Below are positions 1-11,859 of a stretch of 64,000 bases of DNA, one piece after another. The position numbers and the translations under genes are program-made. This DNA is from Haliotis cracherodii (lineage: Eukaryota): contig NW_027266264.1 in assembly GCF_022045235.1 (NCBI RefSeq), positions 66,526,001 through 66,590,000 of the forward strand. The letters run 5' to 3'. Within the stretch, counting starts at the first letter, position 1, and every line of letters starts with the position of its first letter. The notes under the pieces are model-generated. The model was not told the DNA's origin, did no database searches, and saw only the letters and a program-made list of their open reading frames with translations.

Positions 1-3000
1 TAATGTCAGAGGAAAACCAGACGCGATGCAGCGATGGTGCTGAGAAACAAGGGATACTTTGAAATTCTAGACAATTATCACTGAATCCTGACTCGCCCAA
101 GGGACGGAATCGCCAAGGAACGCCCCGGAAAGAATCCTTGACAGAAGTCAATTAGTACCTACCTGTCACAAATCGTGATAAAAAAGGGAGGTTTTCTGAC
201 CATATCAACCATCTTATTTATTGACCCATACAGAAGACAAACAAGTCATGTGGCCCAGCCGGGGGCTGATTGTTTAGACGCTGAGGACTTGTTTATATAT
301 TGCCGTCGTGTGATTTCATTATCTGATCGCTGTCGGATGGACGGCCTAAGTATAGCACAGAGCGCCACAGTTCTCAATTACAGACTCTAGTACTGTGTCG
401 ACTGCGGCCCATTGTAAGACAATACCACCTGCCTGTATAAGCCCTAATAATAATGTACAATGTCTACTCCCCGTTACTAGCAACTCCGTGGAATACCGCG
501 CGTCTTACATCGCAAGTGCCGCCATGTAAGTATAAGACAAGTTTTTAGCCTTAAGGTTGCGTTTTCTTAAATATATCAGTGTGTGAGTGAGTATGGGTTT
601 ACGCCGCTTTTAGTAATATTCCAGCAATGTCACGTCGAGGGAACCAGATATGCGCTTTATCCATTGTATCTACCCGCGTACCGGTGTATAATGTTTTACA
701 TTACATTATCATGATGTACATAAGGTTACCACCGCTGAACGATATAGCATGATAATGTTTTGTGTGTTGTTTAACGACGCCTTCAGCAATAGTACAGCTA
801 TATGACGGCGGTCTGTAAATAATCGAGTCTGGACCAGACAATCCAGTGATTAACATCCATCTACGCAATTGGGATACCATGACAAGCATCAACCAAGTCA
901 GCAATCCTGACCACCCGATCCCGTTAGTGGTCTCTTACGACAAGCATGGGTTGCAGAAGACCAGTTCTAATCCTTATATTCTCAGGTAATAATGGAGTTT
1001 CAGTTTAACGAGAACGTTGTGTGTTAAATGACGTGATTCATTCAAAAGGTCTTAGGTTGATCATGCCTGTCACCATATGCTTGTGAGAACGGACTAAAAT
1101 GAAGATCGTGTTTAAATATATATATGTATAAGAAAAAGAAGATAAAAATCCAAATTGAGCCCAGGACGATCCTTATTTTCAGGAGCTGAGGCAATCTAGA
1201 CTTGCCAAATCAATCTAGACTTGAGTTGGACTCCTCTTTCAATTTTATTCTCTTGGGCCTGGAAGAGAGACTAGACAGATCCATACACGAATATTTAGCT
1301 GGAATATTGGGACTACGACTTAAAATAACAAAGAAGCAAACAAACACTTGGTGTATGGCAAATTAATCTTGTATGGCGAACAGAAACAGAGTTGAGCCCC
1401 TTAGCCGTGCAAGGATTATAGGTTCGAACCGCACTTTCGCCCAGAGTGTGGTCCCTCCATGGTCTGCAAGCACCATCGTCATCTTTTGTTTCACTAACAT
1501 GTCATATAATCTAACGACCTTAATCACTATGGGCTTTTCTCCTACTTAAGCAGTGGTTCGAGTGAAATACTTACACTGTTAGAAGCAACAAACGACCATC
1601 AAACTCACTCACTCATTCAACAGACAATACATAAGTGGTAGGTAAAATACCATTGATTTGTTATTAACGCAACGAGATGAATAGCATCGGATCAACGTAA
1701 TAATAGAACACTTCCTGTGTCAGACATATGGAACAACTACGTATCCACAGAGGAACGAGGCTGAGCTACCGAAAAACATATGTCCTCCAAGTTCTACATC
1801 AAATTACTCTTAGCTCACATAAACGTTCGCATGTACATCACACATGATTATAGCATTATCACTGGTAGATATAGGCACACATATTAATTCACTGGGAACA
1901 CATGGCATCAGGACACGTGATACTGTTCATTAGGGGTGTACTAACCCAGGTAACCATGACAACAGATTATGAATGATATTTCGGTTAATCAAGATGTCTG
2001 AATTTACGACAGCATGCGCATACTTACGTCACACTGTTATATCTCAACATACAACAGGGATATAAATGCTGATATAACATATACACATATTGTATAACGA
2101 TGTTAGTCAATACATAAATCATGAGTGTAGATCTTAAATGCATTGAGATCTAGATGACCTATCATTATAACCCCCCTGTTTAGTTCCTGTTATTTAGATA
2201 TTAATTCCTTGCCTTACAGATTATATGAAATATTAATTTCGAAACACTTTAATAATTAATCACCATTTACATGCTTTATTAAGAGTCGGTGATAATGTTC
2301 AACGATAATAACTCAGTCATAACGATTTATCGGCCTACCTGATAGGCGGCATTGTGAAAAGCCTTGGTGGTGCTCTGGAAGCGACTGGGCTACATGGGAA
2401 TGTATAGCGTGTCTATAATGTACGCCGCTCGCTCCAATCCGTGGAGATATAGGCCAGGGTTGAACGCAAGGATATCACACTAACGGTAATACTGGCGTAA
2501 AACATGTTCTCATATCGCACCCTAACTAGCACCCCCGTCTGACTGCATTGCAAACAGGACAATGTGAAAGTCAGTCGCTACTTCTAAATGTTACTCGATG
2601 GGTTCATTTGAGGATAGGGGTGAAAGGTATGGATTTAGTGGGAGATTTCCTGGCTGGATCTGACGTCAATGTGGGCAAGATAGGAAATATCAATGGGTCA
2701 ATAACGCTTGTGGGAGAAAGATATAAGCTTCTTTTAGTATCCGTCCACTCGTTTGTCTATTTCTTTGGGTGTAATATAGGATTGTTTAGATATGCAATGT
2801 AACTGGGGTGGGTGTATATGATATATCTAAGAAAATGCGGGGTGAACTTGACGTCAGTGCAAAATGACGGTGGAAAGAGAATGGAAAAACCCACTCGAAG
2901 TTATGAAAAACTTGCCCCAAGTGAATTGATTTTGTTAGACCCGTGTGAGTGAGAGAGTTTGGTTTCACGTCACTTTGGGCAGTATTTCAGTAATACTCAT

Positions 3001-3093
3001 ATCAGGGCGTGTCAACTTGATATGGGTGGAGGTGAGGTGAAATGGGGTTTAACGTCGCGTTCAAGATTATTGCACGTATATAGCGACCTGCAT

Positions 3094-3129
<36 letters not shown>

Positions 3130-5924
3130 TGTACTAGTCCGGACTAATGCCAGTTTTATAGTGCTAGCCCACTGAGATACCATGCCGCAGTTTAACATGA
3201 ATACCCCACTCAGACACAGTATACTGACTCCGAGCCGACCAGCCCTTGTTTAGCCCCTTAACGCCGAGCGCCAGTCAGGGTAACAACAAGTACCATCTTT
3301 TAACGTCTGTAGGTATGAGGCGGCTCTCCGGACTGACGATGTGGGAGGAAAGCCCAAGGCGACACAGGTCTTAGATGTTGAAATACATGATCACGGCTAT
3401 AGTGCTGATAAACCTAGAAACATAATCAGGGCGAACCTGGATTCGAACAAACGTTCAAAGGTTTCTGGCACACCCGAGGTGTTCGTACCAGTCTTGGAGA
3501 GTAGGTTATACATTTTCTTTATCACAAACAACCTTTCGCAGGGCTTCTGTGTATGTAAATGAAGACATATGGGTTATAAGGGTCTTTATATTGCGCAGTT
3601 TCTATTGTGTGTGACTTTTTAAAAATAGTTTGTCGAATCGAGGGGCGCGAATGGCTCAAGGGTGTGAGTTTCGCAACCTAAATGCCAGGATCTGCGAGTC
3701 AAGAGTTCGAATCCCTTATTCTTCACGCTGTCTGTGTTTTGTCGGTTGACATTAAGAGTGTCCGACATGATAAAAATATCTACTTGTCAATAGCAAATAT
3801 TTCGCTGAAAGAAAATATGTGTAACTCTGGGCCGATATCGACTTTATCAATAAAGTGGGATGTCAGAAATGTCACCAAATGACCGACACAGTACACCTCC
3901 ACAAACCAAGCAACAGCTGCCCTCCCTAATATCGTGTTGACTATTGGTCTGAATTTCTTCAGTCTTGTAAGACGTTGCAGGTCGCTGAACACGCCAGATA
4001 CCTATGATAGTCGGTTGGAATTCTGATTACGTTTCTAGGTTTGTAGGCACCATACCGTGCTCGTGGGTTTCACCAAAGGGACAAACGTCTGAGACTTGCA
4101 TTACCTCTCTCTCTCTCTTTCACCGACACACACACACACACATTAAGCTGATACGCCGTGATGTCAATGGGAAAACTGATAAAAGCGGCGTAAAAAGACC
4201 AAATCACTCACGCACTCTGAATTCCTTAATTCCCCAAGGTGGACGGGATCGGGTGGTCAGGCTCGCTGAACTGGTTGAGACTCGATTTTTGTACAGCCCA
4301 CCGTCATATACCTGGAATATTGCTGAGTGCGGCGTTAAACAACAAACCAACCAACCGTACAAGAAATACGAACACCTTGCTTTTACACATCTTAACTCAG
4401 ATTACACAGGCCATTTACGCCACACCTGGAACTACATGCCTTTCACCGTATCAGCACTGTTTGTGGTTAAACGTCTTCATGTCTGTACCTCACCGTCGTA
4501 GGATACGTGCTACCTTTCAGTAAGCGAGGACAATATGGTGGTGCTGTGTCCGTTATGTAAATTCGTCAACTCGTGTATATAATCAGGCGGAAGCATAACA
4601 GGACATCACACAAGCAGCTCGATACATTGTCACAATGGTCTAAATGAAATTGTAGAATGGTCTTTCAGCAAACCACCTAAACAAATGATACAGCCACAAT
4701 GATCTGTAGCTCACCTGTTTTTTCTGGAATATCTGGAAGTGCACATCTCATGGGTATATACAACTTTGCAGATTTGGATAGATCGTAACATCGTCAATGC
4801 AAATAATGTATTAAAAAATTGAAAGCGGCGCGTATGTAAGGTTTATTTGCACTTTTGGCCCGTCTATCAATTTCAAAGGCTGGCCGATAGCACAACCCCA
4901 CCCCTCCGCTCGCACTCTGATAGGTCAGTCTCCATTCACGGTCGTCTGCAAACCTTTTCTTCACCCTTTTTAACTCTCAGACATTCTCCTATCCACATAA
5001 TTTGTACACCGTACTTTCCTTCATATAAATGGGATTACATGCTTGAAGTATGCTCCTCAATATTTCAACTAAGGAAATGTGACAAGGGTCATTCACATCA
5101 CAAATTCAGTAAACTATTCGGTGAGGAAACAATGTGTGGAACATACTATTACTTCAGTTGTGTGTATTGTTCTCGTTTCGGTACTTTCATAAATTATTTT
5201 ATTGTTGTGAGACTTTTCTGTGTTTTATATATTTGCTGATCTGTGTATACAATAATGAAGAACGGATCGTACTTTTTTCGTTCTTTTTTTTTGTGGTATG
5301 CTGATCACAACTTGCCGACATGTCCGACAATGAGAGTGGCAATAGTTTTCGAGTAATCATGTTTCTCTGAAGATGAATTGGTGATTTCGGAAGAAGTGAA
5401 TCCCTACCTGTGACCGACAATACTGACGAAAATAACCAGGATGACCCCCATCTTGGAAGCATGGATCACAAGTGGTTGCAGAACACAGATTGGGTAGTTG
5501 GTTTAGTTTATTTTCTCCAAATCACAATATCCCGTTTTAGTCTTGAGTGAGTGAGTATGGTTTTACGCCGCTTTTAGCAGTATTCCAGCAGCATTGTACC
5601 AATGTCGGAAATCGACCCCGGGTCTTCGGCGTGACGAGCGAACGCCTTAACCACTAGGCTACCCGACCGCCCATGTAGTCTTGAATAGCACTACAAAGAT
5701 GAAGCGAAATGTCATACACTCTGTGAATCCAGGTCACTTGCTAACATGTTACGTTACACTAAACACATGGCTGAGTGTTTTATGACGCCTGGACTGGCTA
5801 CTGACATACATTATGCAATTATTTCCTGCAGTTACACGTTGTTGTGAAATGAGTGACTGTATAGGTGAGAAAAACACCGTTCTGGTTATTTAGCACTAAT
5901 TGGCTACAAAGATCTCTCTTTATA

Positions 5925-6197
5925 ACCCGTGAAGATCCGGGCTAGAAGGGGTCTTCAGCAACCAATGCTTGTAGTAAAAGGCGACTATGCTTGTGGTAGG
6001 AGGCGACTAACGGGATCGGGTGGTCAGGGTCGCTGACTTGGTTGATGCATGTCATCGTATCCTAATTGCTTGGATCGATGCTCATGATGTCAATCACTGG
6101 ATTATCTGGTCCAGACTCGATTATTTAAAGATCGCCGTCGTATAGCTGGAATATTGCTGAGTGCGGCGTAAAACAAGAAACCATCAAAACCAACCAA
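5925..6197 (+). mobile_element. SINE-like family C without tRNA head (other copies 757-975 -, 4241-4356 +, 6958-7222 +, 27324-27590 +, 46284-46503 +, 46519-46650 -, 48704-48968 +, 55598-55837 +, 56907-57174 -, 59460-59732 -, 62030-62275 -)
   Basis: ~270-bp unit ACCCGTGAAGATCCGGG…GCGGCGTTAAAC(AACC)n. TSDs of 11-13 bp: CTCTTTATAAC, ATTAATTCAGTAA, CTTAGACGACT, ACATATGAATTG. Confidence 0.88.
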
Positions 6198-6375
6198 CTC
6201 TTTATAACACCGGGTGGGGGTGTGTGGAACCCGCGCCCCGAAAACTGAAAAGGAAAATATCTTAAGATGTTAAAATTATATACTAACGTTAAATTCACGT
6301 TAAATCAAGGTAACACTTGACACCCCTCGATAGCCATACTCGTAACATACATGTACAAGGATTCCATACCAGTAT

Positions 6376-7800
6376 TATATACTCAACAACAAAAGTTAAG
6401 GACAACTAAGTAAAGGCATAAATAAAAAGTTACATGATGATAGCTCAAACACGTATCCATAGTTTTGGCCCTTCAACACGCGCATGTTACGCCACATGGT
6501 GCACGTGCATGGTGTGACAGAGCATGCCAAGCATGAAACTCATGGTGTACAGCTTTTGTGCTGTGATCTAAAAACGCACAGTTTGTCTCCTCTTGCGTGT
6601 ATGAAGAAGCTTGTATGGCCATAGGTTTATTGGAAGCTGGTCTGGGAAAACGTGAAGTTGGACGTCAATGTAACGTCAACCATACAGTGTGAATGTGGGA
6701 GAGGTATCTGTCAGCCGGGCCAGTGAAGAAAAAACCTGAAACAGGACGACCAAAAACAACTACGCCCCAAGAGGATCGACAAATTACCCTTCTTCTGAGC
6801 GAAATCGTCTTTCTTCTGCAAAATGCCTGGGCCCCGTTCCACAAAGCGATCTTAGCGCTATGACTGTCATAAGTCAGTGTTAAAGAAAGGGAGTTACGAT
6901 CGACTTAATGCTAAGATCGCTTTGTGGAACTGGGCCCTGAATAATTAATTCAGTAAAACCGTGAAGATTCCGGGGTAGAATAGGTCTTCAGCAACCAATA
7001 CTTGCCGTAAAAGGCGACTATGCTTGTCGTAAATGGCAATTAACGGGATCGGGTGGTCAGGCTCGCTGACTTGGTTGATGCATGTCATCTATACCAATTG
7101 CGTGGATCGATGCTCATGTTATCATCGCTGGATTGTCTGGTCCAGACTCGATTATTTACAGACCGCCGTCATATAACTGTAATATTGCTGAGTGCGGCTT
7201 AAACAACAAACCAACCAACCAACATTAATTCAGTAACATTACTGGGTTGCGCATTTCTTCTCAGACAATTAGGAAAGACTTCATACATCTCGTTTAAGCG
7301 CCCGTAGATTTGCTGTGTGTCCTCTATTGACCATACGACATCGACATCGCCGTCTTGAATTTGGTAGACAACTTGTCAATATGGGAATGAAGGAGTTACG
7401 ACCTATACTTTTCACGGACGAGTCTCTTTTGTCTCGACTTTCATGATGGGAGGAGATGTGTCTGGCGTTCAAACAATGCTAACTGTTGTGTTGTACACCA
7501 CGATAGATTTGGAGGTGTGTCTGCCAAAGGCCAGGACTTCCTGTTAATGGACGATAATGCATGACCTCATCGTGACCAAATGAGCACCTTCAGAAAGTAC
7601 TGAGAGTCTAGACTGGCCAGACTATCCACCAGACATGAATCCCATCGAGCATGCCTGGGATATCCGGCAGAAACGAATTTCAGATCGTCCTGAAGCACCG
7701 AGAACTATGGATGAAATGGCGGATGGAACCTCGTTCAAAGCTTCATTTGGCGTTGTCAGGCCGTGATTAGAGCTCCCGGAGGCCACACTCGATATTGACA
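6376..7800 (+). mobile_element. Tc1/mariner (DD34E) transposase remnant carrying nested insertions
   Basis: GRPKTTTPQEDR, TIRKRL, LFTDES, LMDDNA*PHR and LDWPDYPPDMNPIEHAWD, with stops and deletions. Boundaries approximate. Confidence 0.85.
6830..6936. mobile_element. Small PIF/Harbinger-like MITE (diverged copy at ~30498-30590)
   Basis: TIRs GGCCCCGTTCCACAAAGCGATCTTAGC / GCTAAGATCGCTTTGTGGAACTGGGCC, flanked by CTG on both sides. Confidence 0.7.
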
Positions 7801-8989
7801 TGCTGTGAACATTCCTGATATTGGAATCAAGGCTTTACATTGACAGTCTGTTGATGATGTGGTTCTCAATGACTGGTTGTTTTTCCCCAAATGGAGACTT
7901 GACTTTTAGCCACGCCACGCCTTCTCGTCAGCGCTTTAAGATTGGTTTGGGTTATGACAAATACAGACCACAATACGTCCTTTTACTTTAGCGAAACAGC
8001 GCCAACTTTACGTTTTCGCACTTTTTATCGTATTGTAAATCTGGCTACATAATTATTTAACAATTCCATAACTATTTTTCATGGTACTGCCACTTTAAAT
8101 TTGACAGGGTAAACGAGTACATATATATGCAAAAAAAAAAAGGAAAACAGGTTTTCACAGAACTGTAAACTGATATCAACACCGCATTCAATTAACATAA
8201 ATGAATAACTAAGTAAAAGTCCAAAGGTCATAGGTTAAATTTCAACTTAGTAAGTCCAGAGGTTTCAGAGGATATGCTAATCGAGATCCACTGAGGTAAA
8301 CTGTGGTCAAAGATTACGTCGGGGTCAGGATACGCAAATCGAAAATAGTATTATACTATGCCAAATATTTACTGTCCATCAAATGTCATAATTAAATGGT
8401 GGCACGGGTGGCCCAGTCGTCTAAGACGCCGCGATTCGCTGTTGTGAGTTGCGTCCCTTGGGCACGCCAGAAACCTATGATTGTGGGTTCGAATCTCGGA
8501 TCGCCCCGATTATGTTTCTAGGTTTGTCAGCACCATACCCGTGCTCGTCGGTTTTACCGAAGTGGTAAACGTCTGAGACCTGCATCACTTCGGGCTTTCC
8601 TTCCACATTAAGCTGACACGCCGTGATATAACTGGAATACTGTTCAAAGCGGCGTTAAACCCAACTCACTCACCCACTCATGATTAAATGAAATTTAATC
8701 ATAATTGATACTGAGCATGTTTCGTTGCATTGCACAAATGACTGATCAATGGGAAACACTGGCATTTTCAATGAGGTTGTCATGGTGGCCATGTTTAAGG
8801 TCGGATCCAAATTCTGTGAGCATATTTAGAGAAACCATTGCGAGATCAAAACACATATTTCAGTTTCGTTGCCGAACCCATTCCTTGAGATGTCAAAAAA
8901 TGCAGTGAAAGTTGACTAAAAGGGTTGTGAAAAGGTTTTACAAAAGTCAAAATACGCCCCAAACTTATTATATCCTACCCCGCATACCA

Positions 8990-9515
8990 CAAGAGCATAC
9001 ATACAGAAATGAGGATATTCTGGATATGGTTGCTGTGGCAGGCATGTTTAAAACCGCATTGGATATTATAAGTATATAATCTAGAGACACCCCGTCTGGA
9101 AGTATCCTTGCATAGGGGTGTCATTGCGGAACTGTTGCCCATGACATAGTCAAACACATTTTGTCATGTACTTTTAGTATGAAAGAAAGAAATGAAATGT
9201 TCGAAAATATCTTTGATATCACAGATGCGAATTCCTTTGATGACCTTTGGTCGAATGATGATGATGGTATACTGTCTTTCCTCTTAGCCGGACTGCCTGA
9301 TTGCATGAAAGACCTTGAGCTTTAGATATGGAGCGAATCTATTTTACTAGTCTCTCATTATGTTAACAAGTGGCAACACTAGTTCATACCCCTTCGGTTT
9401 GACATGTAACTACTTTGTTTAGTTTTAATCTATATTCCTGTATCTACAATGTATCTTATATAATCTTTATTTATGTATCTTCAATACTGGAGGAAATAAA
9501 GACAATCTATCTATC
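8990..9515 (+). mobile_element. 5'-truncated LINE 3' end
   Basis: Frame at about 9119-9310 reads CHCGTVAHDIVKHILSC…ERNEMF, a C-terminal zinc-knuckle-like end of ORF2. It is followed by a 3' UTR, AATAAA and an (ATCT)n tail. Confidence 0.6.
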
Positions 9516-10737
9516 ATACCGCCGCCAAATAGCTGGAAAATTGCGGGGTGCGTCATTGAAAAACAAACAAAACTAAACTCAAACAAATGCTCCTTGCCTG
9601 AAAGATAGTCAATACACGGAGATGATGCTTCATCGATTGTTTATACTGCACAATTAATAGCCTTGATGCTGATTTGTAGCATACCATTTTCCAGTTCCCG
9701 CACAAACTAACATTTTCTCTTGGAATACGATCTATTACGAATGACCTTGGCAACAGAGCGAGAATATTCTGCGGGAAGTTAGCACCGACTTTGCCTGAAA
9801 GACGAGTGTGTGCAGCGGCCTCACTGGATAAAGCCAGGATCAGGGTGAGACCCTTGGAAATCTGCATGGGGTGATAAGTACATAATACATCACGGGACAA
9901 ATCATTACATTAATGACGAAAGCAAGATAGACACAATTTTTTATCTTGACGAAAGCAATTACCAAAGCAAAGTTACATCAAACACGCATAAATAACTTCC
10001 GTATGAAACGAGATAAGGGTTTACAGCAGAGCACGTGAGTGTATGATGTTGTAATTATGTTGATATATTATGTTGGTTAAATATTTTGTTTATTTTCTTT
10101 GTTGTTTAACGCCGCACTCAGCAATATTCCAGCATGACGGCGGTCTGTAAATACCGTATTTCCTCTATTAGACGCTCTGGTTGTTATTAATTTCGCGCAA
10201 TCCGTTGAACGGGCGTCTGTTAGAGGTCGGCGCGTGCTTTGTTTAATGCTGGCACAGTGGCATCTCACTACCTTACCAAATCCTATATTCTACAGTCACA
10301 CAAAGGGCAGGAAACGGTCATTATTAATCACCAACATATCACGTTGTTAGTCACTCGGCGGCTAATAAAGGACGGGCTTCTATTTAATGGACAGAGCATT
10401 CTAAATCTGTGTGTTCTGATATTGAACACTGGACGCGTCTGCACGTTCTGCCACAGAATACGAATGTTCTATTTCGGACAGCATATGTTCTATTGCTGAA
10501 CGACTGTGATCTGTAGTAGAGCGCGCGTGTTCTGTCCTGGGAGAAGTTTTATGCACATTACCGACATGGGCACAATGTGATATCCACGAATCAAAGAAAG
10601 GAATGGTAACGTTTTTTTGCTTTTTTTTTATGTGAAATATTTCAGAGAAACACGTTGTTTCTATTACAGGATGATTGCAGATTATATAAGTACCAAAGAA
10701 ATTATTGAACACAGCAGACGGCTACGCCAATGAGAGA

Positions 10738-11013
10738 GAGTGAGTTGGGTTTAACGCCGCTTTTAACAGTATTCAAGTTATATCGCGGCGTGTCAGCTTA
10801 ATGTGGGAGGAAAGCCCGAAGTGATGCAGGTCTCAGACGTTTACCACTTCGGTGAAACCCACGAGCACGAGTATGGTGCTGACAAACCGAGAAATATAAT
10901 CGGGGCGAACCGGGATTCGAACAAACAATCATAGGTTTCTGGCGTGCCCAAGGGACGCAACTCTGCACAGCGAATCGCGGCGGCGCCTAAGACGACTGGG
11001 CCATCCGTGCCCC
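10738..11013 (-). mobile_element. tRNA-derived SINE family B (other copies 8401-8678 +, 24814-25088 +, 27068-27625 - interrupted, partial 3960-4213 + and 3340-3445 -)
   Basis: A box TGGCCCAGTCGTCTAAG, B box GGTTCGAATC, (ACTC)n tail. 14-bp TSD GCTACGCCAATGAG. Confidence 0.85.
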
Positions 11014-11859
11014 CGCTACGCCAATGAGGAAAGGAAACAAAGAGTCCGCTGAGCAGATAAGTTAAGAAGAAACTCGTGTACACTTCGCTCAGATCTTTAA
11101 AGGACACGTTTTGGCAAAGCATGTTACAACCTGTCAATAATGAAACAAATGTGATTGTCACGATACTCTTGTGTTTACTAAGGAACATTTGTTAGAGCAA
11201 TGTCTTCGTAGTATGTAAGAGTTTGATAAATATATGACAATGACAAAATAACTGTTTCGTAACTGTGTCCGTATAAACGAGGCACCACTGTAACATGTTT
11301 TGCTTGAGCAATTCCTCCTGAAAAGCCCCCAAGTTCGAAACGCAAATCCAGTAACATTGTGCTCGATGTAGTAAGTCCAATTAATAATAGTCAATATGAC
11401 AACACTAAAATCCTGTTCGGACTAGTTGACCCATCATTTTTAGGCACAGACTGCTCATGTAATTCAATATATGGTGACAATGTTGCACGAGGTTCTGTTT
11501 TGTGTATTTCAATAACTTGCGCATTTATGAACTTTAACCTTAATGTAATCCTTTAATCCAGTGATGTTTTATTTTTACTTTTCTTTAATAACCTACAATT
11601 GTTATGAAGCTGTCATTTTTTGTGTGGTTCCAGGAATAGTCACCAGAAATGCATTCATCATTAGAAGTGACTATGTCTTCGTGTAGGTTGAGAGAAAGGG
11701 CAAAGTTGTCTGGTGTCACATGGTTTGCAATTCATCTTCGTTTCTGTGGAGGCTGCATGGATGTAGTCTGTGATGAGTGAGTGGAGTCTTCACTGTTCCC
11801 TGAGCATATTGAGCAGAAAGCATCTTCACACTTTGTCTATACTTTGCTTGACATCCAGT

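Noticed and set aside
1630-2950. Possible minus-strand LTR element remnant (purine tract near 2170)
   Set aside because: No second LTR, TSD or pol motif found.
4004-4523. ORFs of 165 and 94 aa
   Set aside because: Made of SINE B and C fragments plus a microsatellite.
5320-5500. Acidic MSDNESG… start resembling a piggyBac transposase N-terminus
   Set aside because: Too short, frameshifted, and no catalytic motif.
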